DNA of 64,000 bases from Dehalococcoidia bacterium (GTDB taxonomy: Bacteria; Chloroflexota; Dehalococcoidia; UBA2979), in the NCBI GenBank assembly GCA_963667465.2, contig CAXXDN010000002.1, positions 1,408,001 through 1,472,000 on the forward strand, read 5' to 3'. Positions 27,262 through 36,133 of the stretch are shown here, piece after piece. Under the pieces are notes generated by a model that did not search any database, was not told the DNA's origin, and saw only the letters and a list, made by a program, of their open reading frames with translations. Both the position numbers and the translations under genes were made by a program. Position 1 is the first letter of the stretch; each line of letters opens with the position of its first letter.

Positions 27262-27455
27262 CGTGGAACGTACCGCCTAGCTGTAGTTCCCACGTAGGTT
27301 GTTGCAGGTGAGGGGCCCCGCCCTGTGCCTGGACGGTGGGCACAGCAGGTGCGGGCTTGGCTCGTTCATGGTTGCGGTCTCCCCGTTCTCTATAACGCAA
27401 TCGTACCATGACATGGGGAGAGGGCCGCCGATGCTGCGTGGCCGGGTATCGCCGC

Positions 27456-28268
27456 TCACAGTGTCGTCACGTCACCGGCGGCGAACCTGCGCTCCGAACC
27501 GTCGTCGAGGCGCAGCTTCAGCTCGCCCGTCGCGGTGACGCCAACGGCGACACCTTCGACGGCGTCTCCGCCGGCCTCGGGACCGGCGGGGGCGAGCTGC
27601 ACGGGCCGCCCGATCGTCTCGAGGCGCACGCTCCAGTCGGCGAGGAACGCCGCCGGGTCGCGCTCGATCTGCACGACGCGCCGCTCAAGCGCCCTCGACA
27701 GCTCGGCGAGCAGCGTCTCGGCGTCCGGCGGCGTAACGCCCGCGCCCTCGATGCTCGTCGCGCGCGCCCGCTCGTCGGGCGGCAGTCCTGCTGTCGCAGC
27801 CTCGCGCAGGTTCACGCCGATACCGAGGAACACCTCGACGTTCCCGCGCGCGGACCGCGCGTCGGCGAGGATGCCCGCCAGCTTGCGGCCCCCGGCCAGT
27901 ACGTCGTTCGGCCACTTGAGCGTCACGCCGAGGCCGCAAGCCGCCTCGACCGCCTCGGCGGTGGCGAGGCCGCCGGCGGCGCTGAGCAGCGGCGTGTGCG
28001 GTCCGGCGGCGGGGCAGAGGTGGAAGGTGACGAGCAGCGCGGCGCCAGGCGCCGCAACCCAGCGCCGCCCGAAACGCCCTCGGCCGGCGGTCTGCTCGCC
28101 CGCGAGGTAGGCGTCGCCGCATCCCGCCGTGCCGCGCCCGTCCGCGCCCGCACGCGCGTCGTCCATCGTCGAGGTCGTAGCGGCGACGGCGTGGACCCGC
28201 GCGCCGATGCGCCCGCCGCCGCGCAGCGCGGCAAAGCGCTCGTAATCGAAAGCTGCGTCGGCCACCAT
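27456..28268 (-). CDS. birA: Biotin--[acetyl-CoA-carboxylase] ligase (no HTH)
   Basis: STMD, EQTAGRGRFGRRW, LKWPNDV, RKLAGIL, GIGVN. Confidence 0.92.
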   Translation of the reverse strand: MVADAAFDYERFAALRGGGRIGARVHAVAATTSTMDDARAGADGRGTAGCGDAYLAGEQTAGRGRFGRRWVAAPGAALLVTFHLCPAAGPHTPLLSAAGGLATAEAVEAACGLGVTLKWPNDVLAGGRKLAGILADARSARGNVEVFLGIGVNLREAATAGLPPDERARATSIEGAGVTPPDAETLLAELSRALERRVVQIERDPAAFLADWSVRLETIGRPVQLAPAGPEAGGDAVEGVAVGVTATGELKLRLDDGSERRFAAGDVTTL

Positions 28269-28288
28269 CAGCGGAACCTCCCGGACGC

Positions 28289-28319
28289 AGAACACCCCGG
28301 CCGATGGCCGGGGTGTTCT
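28289..28319. terminator. Perfect 14-bp hairpin, probable intrinsic terminator
   Basis: AGAACACCCCGGCC-GAT-GGCCGGGGTGTTCT. Confidence 0.75.
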
Positions 28320-28341
28320 TCTCAGTCACACGGGCCCAGGA

Positions 28342-28413
28342 TCAGCCCGCAGACACCTCCGTGGAGATGTCCCACCGGTGGTCCTCGACCTCGTGACTAC
28401 GTTCATCATCCAT
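28342..28413 (-). CDS. Putative 23-aa small protein MDDERSHEVEDHRWDISTEVSAG (or sRNA)
   Basis: AAGGAGGTGA Shine-Dalgarno 7 nt upstream; own promoter and downstream hairpin. Confidence 0.5.
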   Translation of the reverse strand: MDDERSHEVEDHRWDISTEVSAG

Positions 28414-28441
28414 GTGGGCATCACCTCCTTCCTCGTGAACG

Positions 28442-28471
28442 ACGATAGGGCTGCGGCTTCGCAACCGTCAA
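28442..28471 (-). promoter_or_regulatory. Promoter TTGACG-N18-TATCGT for the small ORF unit
   Basis: Near-consensus -35 overlapping the MFS stop codon. Confidence 0.55.
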
Positions 28472-29904
28472 TCGGCGGGCGGCGCGGGCTGCTCCACCCG
28501 CTCTGACTCCCCGGCCGTCCGTTCGCCGAGCGTGTAGCCGCGGAAGGAGAGGAAGCCGATGAACACCAGCACCCCTGCGACCGGGCCGACGAGCCGCACG
28601 CCCAGCGGGTCGCTCGCGCTGTCGCCGGCGAGCAGCACAATCGCGAGCAGCAGCGGCGCGAAGGCCGAGGCGCTCTTCTCCAGCAGGTTCTGCGAGCCGT
28701 AGAACATCCCCTCGCGGCGCGTCGAGGTGCGCTGCGCGTCGTGGTCCACGATGTCGGCGATCAGGATGTTGGGCAGCATCAGGATGCCGGCCAGCGGTAT
28801 CCCGGTGACGAGGATCACCCCCGCCGCCTGCGCCACCCTGGAGATTCCCGGCATGAAGCCAGCGAAGAAGAGCAGGAAGAGCCCTCCCATGCCCCACAGC
28901 ATCGCCGTGCGGAAGGCGTACGCGTTGCCCCTGCGCCTCGCCAGTGGCGTGAAGATCGCGATCCCGATCAGCACGCCGAGGATCACGATGACCGTGAGAG
29001 CAAAGGTGAAGAGGCCCGCGTCGTCGGAGCCGTTGCGGCCGAACACTTCGCTCGTCGAGAGCGCCGCCGAGACGTAGAAGGGGAACAGCGCTGTCAGCAT
29101 CAGCTGGGCGATGCGGAAGAAGATGAAGCTCGGCAGGAACGCGACAAACTGCTTGTTGGAGAACGTCTCGCGGACCGACCGCTTGAAGCCCGGCGTCGAG
29201 GGCTGATCGTCGCTCTTCGCGTGGCTCCAGCACCCGAACAGCGCCGTATAGCGCGTCGCCAGCGCGACGGCGGCCATGATCGCCGCCATCGTCGTGAAGC
29301 CCACGATGTCCACCAGCAGCGAGCTGATCGAGAGCCCGATGAATGCGCCGAAGACCCCGAAACTCAACTGGTACGCCGCCACCGTCACCCGATGCTGGTG
29401 CGACTTCGCGATGTGCGGGAGCAGCGCCTCCAGCGGAGCTCCCGAGATGTTGCTGGACAGCCAGAAGATCTCGAGGATCACGACCAGCCAGAGCAGGTTC
29501 GCGAAGCTCTCGCCAGCAACCGGCGGTGCGAAGAGCAGCGCGAACAGCAGCGCCCACCAGGGCGTCCCCAGCAGGATCCAGGGAATCCGCCGCCCCCAGC
29601 GCGACCTCGTGCGATCGGTCAGGTAGCCAACGACCGGGTCGTCGATCGACTCGACGATGCGTGCGCCGGTCAGCATGAGGCCGAGCACGACGCGCGGCGC
29701 GAGCTCGTCCGGAAACGAGAACCCGCCGATATCGAGACCAGGCAGTCCGATCCCGGGGACACGGGTGGTCAGGTCGTCCCTGTCGGACGGCGGCGCGTAG
29801 AAGAAGATCAGCCACAGCGAGAAGGCCTGCGAGATGACGTTCCCGGAGACGGATCCGCTGGCGTAGAAGACCCTGGTGCGCAGCGGCCGCTCTTCGTCTG
29901 TCAC
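28468..29904 (-). CDS. MFS transporter, GPH (MelB-like) family
   Basis: IDDPVVGYLTDRTRSRWGRRIPW, LIADIVD...RREGMFYG; many TM segments. Confidence 0.88.
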   Translation of the reverse strand: MTDEERPLRTRVFYASGSVSGNVISQAFSLWLIFFYAPPSDRDDLTTRVPGIGLPGLDIGGFSFPDELAPRVVLGLMLTGARIVESIDDPVVGYLTDRTRSRWGRRIPWILLGTPWWALLFALLFAPPVAGESFANLLWLVVILEIFWLSSNISGAPLEALLPHIAKSHQHRVTVAAYQLSFGVFGAFIGLSISSLLVDIVGFTTMAAIMAAVALATRYTALFGCWSHAKSDDQPSTPGFKRSVRETFSNKQFVAFLPSFIFFRIAQLMLTALFPFYVSAALSTSEVFGRNGSDDAGLFTFALTVIVILGVLIGIAIFTPLARRRGNAYAFRTAMLWGMGGLFLLFFAGFMPGISRVAQAAGVILVTGIPLAGILMLPNILIADIVDHDAQRTSTRREGMFYGSQNLLEKSASAFAPLLLAIVLLAGDSASDPLGVRLVGPVAGVLVFIGFLSFRGYTLGERTAGESERVEQPAPPAD

Positions 29905-29954
29905 GCCGCCCTCCACCCGGCTCGCGCCGGTCCCGGCATGCTACGCGATCGCGC

Positions 29955-30716
29955 TCACGCCTCGCCGTAGACGCCCCGCAGCTCCCGGGGCAACAGCGCC
30001 GTGACGGCGCCCATCACCGCCCGCGCGCCGTCCTCGTCGCTCATTCGCTCCAGCGTGAACGGCTCGCCGAAGGTCGCGAGGAGCGCGCCGTCCTCGTCGT
30101 CGCGGACGGCCACCGGCACCAGCGGCGTGGTTCCCGCAGACAACCACGAGAGCGCCGCGCCGGACCCCGGCCAGGCAGCCGCCAGCTCCGGCCCGGACCC
30201 GCTCGCCGCCTCGGGCGTGATGCCCAGCACCGAGCCCGCACGCACGATCGCGCGCGCCTCGCGCAGCAGCGACGAGCGGGAGCGCACCTCGGCGTCTGGT
30301 CGCGCGACGAGCAGCAGCCCGTAGGCGTCGCCGATCTTGCCGAGCAGCCACGCCATCAGCCGGTCCGGCATCGGCAAACCAGCGAAGCGGAAGCCCTCGA
30401 AGCGGTCGGTGATCAGCCAGTGCAGAGGCGGATCGCCCCCGCGATGGCTCTCGAGCGCGGCGCCGACCAGCGCCGCGCACCACCAGACGCGCAGGCCCGG
30501 ACGCTCGTAGTGGTTCATCACCACGATGCACGGGCCCTCGACGGGCACGCGCTCGAGGCCCACGACGCGCGGGCGCGGCTGCGCGCCCCGCAGCAGCTCG
30601 CGTGAGTCCGGCCCGAGCCGCCGGCGGCGGCGCAGCACGGCGACGCTGAACAGCCAGCGCACGATGTAGCCGAGGCTGAAGTTGTACGACTGCGCGGTGG
30701 ACAGGTCGCGGTCCAT
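29955..30716 (-). CDS. Phospholipid/glycerol acyltransferase (PlsC-like)
   Basis: VVGLERVP..GPCIVVMNHY, GITPE, PLVPVAV, FGEP. Confidence 0.72.
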   Translation of the reverse strand: MDRDLSTAQSYNFSLGYIVRWLFSVAVLRRRRRLGPDSRELLRGAQPRPRVVGLERVPVEGPCIVVMNHYERPGLRVWWCAALVGAALESHRGGDPPLHWLITDRFEGFRFAGLPMPDRLMAWLLGKIGDAYGLLLVARPDAEVRSRSSLLREARAIVRAGSVLGITPEAASGSGPELAAAWPGSGAALSWLSAGTTPLVPVAVRDDEDGALLATFGEPFTLERMSDEDGARAVMGAVTALLPRELRGVYGEA

Positions 30717-30727
30717 CGGCTCGGCCC

Positions 30728-32017
30728 CTACGCGCCCTCCGCCGCAACGCCCGAGGCGACAAGCGCGTCGATCTCGTGCTCGGGCAGGCCGAACTCGCGC
30801 AGCAGTTCGCGCGTGTGGCGGCCGACCGGCGGGGCGGCGGCGCGGGCCTTCGCCGGCGTCTCCGAGAGCTCGATGATCGGGCCGACGACGCGCTGCGGGC
30901 CAGTCACTTCGTGTTCGAGGTCCGCCATGATGCCCTCGGCGGCGACCTGCGGGTCGTCGGACATTTCCTCCGGCAGGTTGACCGGCGAGACCGGCGTGCC
31001 CGCCGCCTCGAACGCCTCGACCCACTCGGCGACCGTGCGCTCGGCGATGCGATCGCGGATCACCTGCTTCCAGCGATCGGCCGCGGCGAGGTTGACCGGG
31101 TCGAGGGCGTCGTAGTCCGGGTCGTCGCAGTTCTCGCCCTCGAGGCCGAGCACCTCGCGCATCGCGTCGCGGTTCGCCTTGGTGAGCGCACCGAGGACGA
31201 CGCCGCCGTCCTTCGCCTGGTAGCCGTTGTAGTAGAGCGCGAACTGCGTCCCCAGCTCGCGGCCGGCCATGCGGATCTCGATCACTTCGCGGTAGTCGGC
31301 GCCCCGTGCGCGCGCCTCGTCGATCTTCGCCATCGTCGTGTCGCGCACGACGCTGTCCGACACCGGCTCGCGCATCGTGATGTGGCCCTGCCCGTACATC
31401 GCCGAGCGCAGCAGCGAGCCGGAGACCTTCTGGCCCTCGCCGGTTCGCTGGCGGTGGTAGAGGGCCGTGGCCACGCCCATCGCGGTGGCGATGCCGGTCA
31501 TGTAGTCGGCCCAGGCGCCGGCCTTGAGCGCCAGCGGCTCGCCGCCCGCGCCCACCTTGCCCTCGCCCGCCATCAACCCCGAGTAGGCCTGCGCGACGAT
31601 GTCCGAGGCCGGGAACCCGGCGAGCCGCCCGCGCGTCCCAAAGCCCGTGCTCTCCACGTAGATCAGGTCCGGGCGGATCGCCCGCAACGTCTCGTAGTCG
31701 ATGCCGAGGCGCTTCGCCACGCCGAGCCGGTAGTTCACGACGACTACGTCCGTCTGCGGCACGAGCCGGTGAATCAGCGCCCGCCCCTCCTCGCGGCCGA
31801 GGTCGACGACGAGGCTGCGCTTGCCACGGTTGAAGTTCTGGAAGAGCTTGCCCTCGTTCGGCACGACCGCGCGGTTGCGGCGGTGCGGCTCGCCGCCGGG
31901 CGGCTCCACCTTCACCACGTCCGCCCCGAGGTCGCCGAGGATCACGCCGCAGACGGGCCCGGCGACCACCACCGAGAACTCGAGCACCCGGATCCCATCA
32001 AGCGCGCCGGCACGCAT
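30728..32017 (-). CDS. CaiB/BaiF family III CoA transferase
   Basis: LDGIRVLEF, LGADVVKVEPPGG, NRGKRS, SDIVAQAYSGLM. Confidence 0.92.
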   Translation of the reverse strand: MRAGALDGIRVLEFSVVVAGPVCGVILGDLGADVVKVEPPGGEPHRRNRAVVPNEGKLFQNFNRGKRSLVVDLGREEGRALIHRLVPQTDVVVVNYRLGVAKRLGIDYETLRAIRPDLIYVESTGFGTRGRLAGFPASDIVAQAYSGLMAGEGKVGAGGEPLALKAGAWADYMTGIATAMGVATALYHRQRTGEGQKVSGSLLRSAMYGQGHITMREPVSDSVVRDTTMAKIDEARARGADYREVIEIRMAGRELGTQFALYYNGYQAKDGGVVLGALTKANRDAMREVLGLEGENCDDPDYDALDPVNLAAADRWKQVIRDRIAERTVAEWVEAFEAAGTPVSPVNLPEEMSDDPQVAAEGIMADLEHEVTGPQRVVGPIIELSETPAKARAAAPPVGRHTRELLREFGLPEHEIDALVASGVAAEGA

Positions 32018-32109
32018 CGCAGCCTCCCGTGCGGGCAGCATCGCGCCACTCCCGCACTCGCGCGCATGGTAGCGTGCGCCCGCAGCGAGGCGGGAGAGGA
32101 GCCGGCGCG

Positions 32110-32847
32110 GTGATCAAGGCAATCCTGGCGCTCTGGGCGGAGCGCGACCTCGAGCCACTGGACGTCCAGTGGGATGTGCTCGACCGCTGCGCGGAGACGG
32201 TGCTCGGCAGCGGCGCCGTGCCGCCGCCGCTCGGCCTCACGCTCAACCTCGCCGACCTCGCCAGCGGCGAGCGCTGGGACCGCGGCGGACCGGAAGGGCC
32301 GATGGCGGACGCGCTGGTCGCCATCTGGGCGAACGACGTCTGGGCTGAGGACGGAACGTTCGCAGCCTTCGCGAACGCCCTCGCGGGCATGGACGGCATC
32401 GCCCGCCTCCAGGGCTGGACGGTCGAGGAGCACTACCGGAAGCGCTACGAGCGCGACTGGGCGGACGGCGAGCTGACGCCGGGCGTGAAGATGATGACGC
32501 TGATGCGGATCGCGCCGGGACGCTCGCACGAGCAGTGCGCGCGCCACTGGCTGGACGTCCACACGCCGCTCGCGATGCGCATCCACGTCGGGATGCAGCA
32601 CTACGTGCAGAACGTCGTGCACGCCCCGCTGGCCGGCGCGGGCGCGGACCCGGACGTCTTCGGCATCGTCGAGCTGCACATGCGATCGCGCGAAGCCTTC
32701 CACGAGGAGCGCTACGACTCCGACGAGGGACGGCGCGAGATCTACGAAGACATCCCAAAGTTCATGGCGCTGGACCGCGCGACCGGCGGCTACTTCACCG
32801 AGCGCATCCTGCGCACCCCGCCCGGAGCCGCGCGGGGCTCCTCGTAA
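32110..32847 (+). CDS. EthD domain-containing protein
   Basis: GVKMMTLMR..PG.SHE..ARHWLDVHTPL...YVQN...GIVEL; GTG start after GGAG. Confidence 0.72.
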   Translation: MIKAILALWAERDLEPLDVQWDVLDRCAETVLGSGAVPPPLGLTLNLADLASGERWDRGGPEGPMADALVAIWANDVWAEDGTFAAFANALAGMDGIARLQGWTVEEHYRKRYERDWADGELTPGVKMMTLMRIAPGRSHEQCARHWLDVHTPLAMRIHVGMQHYVQNVVHAPLAGAGADPDVFGIVELHMRSREAFHEERYDSDEGRREIYEDIPKFMALDRATGGYFTERILRTPPGAARGSS

Positions 32848-32876
32848 CCGCCGGGCCTGGCGGAAGGGACGCCGCG

Positions 32877-33719
32877 ATGCAGCAGTTCAAGGGCCGCGTG
32901 GCCGTCGTCACCGGCGGGGCGAGCGGGATCGGCCGCGCCATGGCGGAGCGCTTCGCCGAGGCCGGCATGCGCGTCGTGCTCGCCGACGTCGAGCGCGACG
33001 CCCTCGATGCGACCGCGGGGGAGCTGCGCGACGGCGGCGCCGAGGTGCTCGGCGTCGAGACGGATGTCTCGAGCGCGGAGAGCGTGGACGCCCTCGCGGA
33101 CCGCGCCTGGGAGGCGTTCGGCGCGGTGCACGTGGTCTGCAACAACGCCGGGGTCGGCGGCGCGAACGTCGCCTCCTACCGGGCGACGCTTGCGGACTGG
33201 CAATGGACGCTGGGCGTCAACCTCTGGGGCGTGGTCCACGGCGTGCGCTCGTTCGTCCCCCGGATGATCGAGGGCGGCGAGGAAGGCCACGTCGTCAACA
33301 CCGCCTCGATCGCGGGGCTGACTCCGCTGCCCGGCAACGCCCCCTACGGCGTGAGCAAGGCCGGCGTCGTGGCCCTCACTGAGTCGCTGCAACTCGAGCT
33401 CGAACTCCGCGACGCGCCCGTGCGCGCCTCGGTGCTCTGTCCGGGCATCGTGCGCACAAACATCCTCGACTCCCAGCGCAACCGGCCCGAGGAACTACAG
33501 AATCCCGGCGCACCGCGCCCGGATCCGGTCCAGGAACGGCTGCGCGACGAGTTCGCGCGGAACGCGATCCAGCCCGCCACGGTCGCAGCGAAGGTCTTCG
33601 ACGCCATCCGTAAGCAGCGCTTCTGGATCCTCACCCACGACGACATCGACCCGTGGATACGCCGCCGCGCCGACGGCATCCTGGCGCGCGCGAACCCGCA
33701 GGTGAGGCCGCGCGGGTAG
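32877..33719 (+). CDS. SDR family oxidoreductase
   Basis: TGGASGIG, NNAG, VNTAS, YGVSK. Confidence 0.92.
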   Translation: MQQFKGRVAVVTGGASGIGRAMAERFAEAGMRVVLADVERDALDATAGELRDGGAEVLGVETDVSSAESVDALADRAWEAFGAVHVVCNNAGVGGANVASYRATLADWQWTLGVNLWGVVHGVRSFVPRMIEGGEEGHVVNTASIAGLTPLPGNAPYGVSKAGVVALTESLQLELELRDAPVRASVLCPGIVRTNILDSQRNRPEELQNPGAPRPDPVQERLRDEFARNAIQPATVAAKVFDAIRKQRFWILTHDDIDPWIRRRADGILARANPQVRPRG

Positions 33720-33750
33720 GCCGGAGCGGGCCGCGAGGAGGAATGAGCGA

Positions 33751-34593
33751 GTGCAGGACCTCGAGGGCCGCGTGGCGGTCGTCACCGGAGCGGGGAGCGG
33801 CATCGGGCGCGGGCTCGCCCGGCGCTTCGCCGGGGAGGGCATGCGCGTCGTGCTCGCCGATGTCGAGCGTGACGCCCTCGAAGCGGCCTCGGGCGAGCTG
33901 CGCGACACGGGCGCGGAGCTGCTCGCCGTCGAGACCGACGTCTCGATTGCGGCGAGCGTCGAGGCGCTCGCCGATCGCGCCTACGAGGCGTTCGGCGCGG
34001 TGCACGTGCTGTGCAACAACGCCGGCGTCGGCGGAGGCCGCGGCCCGACCCAGGACACGACCATCGCCGACTGGCAATGGATCCTCGGCGTCAACCTCTG
34101 GGGCGTCATCCATGGCGTGCGCTCGTTCGTTCCGAGGATGCTCGACAGCGGCGAGGAAGGCCACGTCGTCAACACTTCGTCGTTCGCGGGACTGGCCGCG
34201 ACGCCGTTCAACACCGTCTACGGCACGAGCAAGGCGGGCGTGGTCGCGTTGACCGAGTCGCTGCACCTGGAGCTGGAGCTGCGCGGAGCGCCCGTGCGCG
34301 CCTCGGTGCTCTGTCCCGGCCTGATCCGCACGAACATCCTGGACGCCGAGCGCAACCGGCCGGAGGCGCTGCGCAGCGCGGAGCAAGCGACCGAGGGCTC
34401 CGGGCGCGCCCGCCTGCGCGACGCCATGGAGAGCAGCGGCATGCTGCCCGCCGAGGTAGCCGAGTGGGTCGTCGGGGCGATCCGCGAGCAGCGCTTTTGG
34501 GTCCTGACGCACGATGATATTGATCCGTGGGTGCGGCAGCGGGCCGAGAGCGTCCTGACCCGCTCCAACCCGAGCGCGCGGCTCGGCGGCTGA
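33751..34593 (+). CDS. SDR family oxidoreductase (tandem paralogue of the preceding gene)
   Basis: TGAGSGIG, NNAG, YGTSK; long stretches identical to 32877-33719. Confidence 0.92.
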   Translation: MQDLEGRVAVVTGAGSGIGRGLARRFAGEGMRVVLADVERDALEAASGELRDTGAELLAVETDVSIAASVEALADRAYEAFGAVHVLCNNAGVGGGRGPTQDTTIADWQWILGVNLWGVIHGVRSFVPRMLDSGEEGHVVNTSSFAGLAATPFNTVYGTSKAGVVALTESLHLELELRGAPVRASVLCPGLIRTNILDAERNRPEALRSAEQATEGSGRARLRDAMESSGMLPAEVAEWVVGAIREQRFWVLTHDDIDPWVRQRAESVLTRSNPSARLGG

Positions 34594-34635
34594 GCACCCG
34601 CGCACGCATCGAGGACGCAGCAGAGGAGGCGGCCT

Positions 34636-35502
34636 GTGGAGCTTGGAGCGGGATTCCCGCAGCGTGCGATCGGAAGCGACAACGGGGCGCTGCGCGACTA
34701 CGTGCAGGGCGTCGAGCAGCTCGGCTACACGCACATCCGCGCCGCCGACCACGTGCTTGGCGCCGACGCGTCGCAGTACGAGTTGGAGGGGCCATACACG
34801 CACCACGCGATCTTCCGCGAGCCGCTCGTGATGTTCGGCTACGTCGCCGCGCTGACCTCGCGCATCAAGCTCATCACCAGCGTGCTGATCCTCTCGCAGC
34901 GCCAGACCGCGCTTGTCGCCAAGCAGGCGGCCGAGGTCGACCTCCTCTCCGGCGGACGGCTCGAGCTGGGCATCGGCAGCGGCTGGAACGAGGTCGAGTA
35001 CGAGGCGCTGGGCGTCGACTTCGCGACGCGCGGCTCACGCATCGAGGAGCAGATCGGACTGCTGCACCGGCTCTGGGAGGAGTCCCTCGTGACCTTCGAG
35101 GGCGAGCATCACGCCGTCCGCGCCGCCGGCATCAACCCGCTGCCCGGGCGCCGCATCCCGATCTGGATGGGCGGCTACGCGCGCGTGATGATGGAGCGCA
35201 CGGGACGCCTCGGCGATGGCTGGCTCGTGCCGCCGCGCTTCCACAGTCCCGAGGGTTTCCTGCCGCGCCGCGATCGCGTGCTCGCCGCCGCGGAGGCGGC
35301 CGGCCGCGACCCCTCGAAGCTGGGCTTCAACCTCAGCGTCAGCACGAAGGGCAAGGACCTCGACGAGCAGCTGCGGCGCGCCGAGCTGTGGCGCGGGATG
35401 GGCGCGACGCGCTTCACCGTGAGCACCAACACCTCCGGCATGGCCACCGTCGGCGAGCACCTCGCTGCGCTGCGCGCCTTCATCGAAGCGTACACGGAGT
35501 AG
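34636..35502 (+). CDS. LLM class F420-dependent oxidoreductase
   Basis: ADHVLG, EPLVMFGYVAALT, QRQTALVAKQAAEVDLLSGGRL. Confidence 0.88.
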   Translation: MELGAGFPQRAIGSDNGALRDYVQGVEQLGYTHIRAADHVLGADASQYELEGPYTHHAIFREPLVMFGYVAALTSRIKLITSVLILSQRQTALVAKQAAEVDLLSGGRLELGIGSGWNEVEYEALGVDFATRGSRIEEQIGLLHRLWEESLVTFEGEHHAVRAAGINPLPGRRIPIWMGGYARVMMERTGRLGDGWLVPPRFHSPEGFLPRRDRVLAAAEAAGRDPSKLGFNLSVSTKGKDLDEQLRRAELWRGMGATRFTVSTNTSGMATVGEHLAALRAFIEAYTE

Positions 35503-35530
35503 CGAGCGCGCAGGCCGGGAGGGCTGGCCC

Positions 35531-36115
35531 GTGAAGATCTACACACGCACCGGCGACGAGGGCGACACCGGGCTGTTCGGCGGGCCGCGCGTCCCCAAGG
35601 ACGACGCTCGCGTCGAGGCCTACGGCGCCGTCGACGAGCTGAACGCCGCCCTCGGCGTCGCCGCCGCAGGGCTCGACGGCGAGGCTTCGCCCGACCTCGG
35701 GGGGATGCTGCACGAGATCCAGTCGACGCTGTTCGACCTCGGCGGCGAGCTGGCCACACCGGACGCGCGCGAACGCGCGGCGAGCGGCAAGGTCACGCCG
35801 TTGCTCGCCGAGGGTGCGAGCGAGCGCCTCGAGGGCTGGATCGATGCGCTGGAGCAGGAGCTGGAGCCCCTGACGCAGTTCATCCTGCCCGGTGGCGCAC
35901 CGGTCGCCGCCGCGCTGCACCACGCGCGGACCGTCTGCCGCCGCGCCGAGCGGCGCGTGGTCTCGCTGACAACCCTGGAGGAGGTCGCGATCGAGCTGCT
36001 GGTCTACCTCAACCGGCTCTCGGACTTCCTGTTCGTCGCGGCGCGCGCCGTCAACCGGCGCGAGGGCGTCGAGGAGCCGCGCTGGGCCTCGCCGCGCGAG
36101 GCTTCGGAGCGCTGA
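35531..36115 (+). CDS. pduO: Cob(I)alamin adenosyltransferase, PduO type
   Basis: KIYTRTGDEGDT, AYGAVDELN, ARTVCRRAER, YLNRLSDFLF. Confidence 0.93.
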   Translation: MKIYTRTGDEGDTGLFGGPRVPKDDARVEAYGAVDELNAALGVAAAGLDGEASPDLGGMLHEIQSTLFDLGGELATPDARERAASGKVTPLLAEGASERLEGWIDALEQELEPLTQFILPGGAPVAAALHHARTVCRRAERRVVSLTTLEEVAIELLVYLNRLSDFLFVAARAVNRREGVEEPRWASPREASER

Positions 36116-36133
36116 GGCGATTGCGTCCGGGTG

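Noticed and set aside
28326-28421. Alternative small ORF MPTWMMNVV...
   Set aside because: Its ATG overlaps the SD; the frame starting at 28413 has canonical spacing
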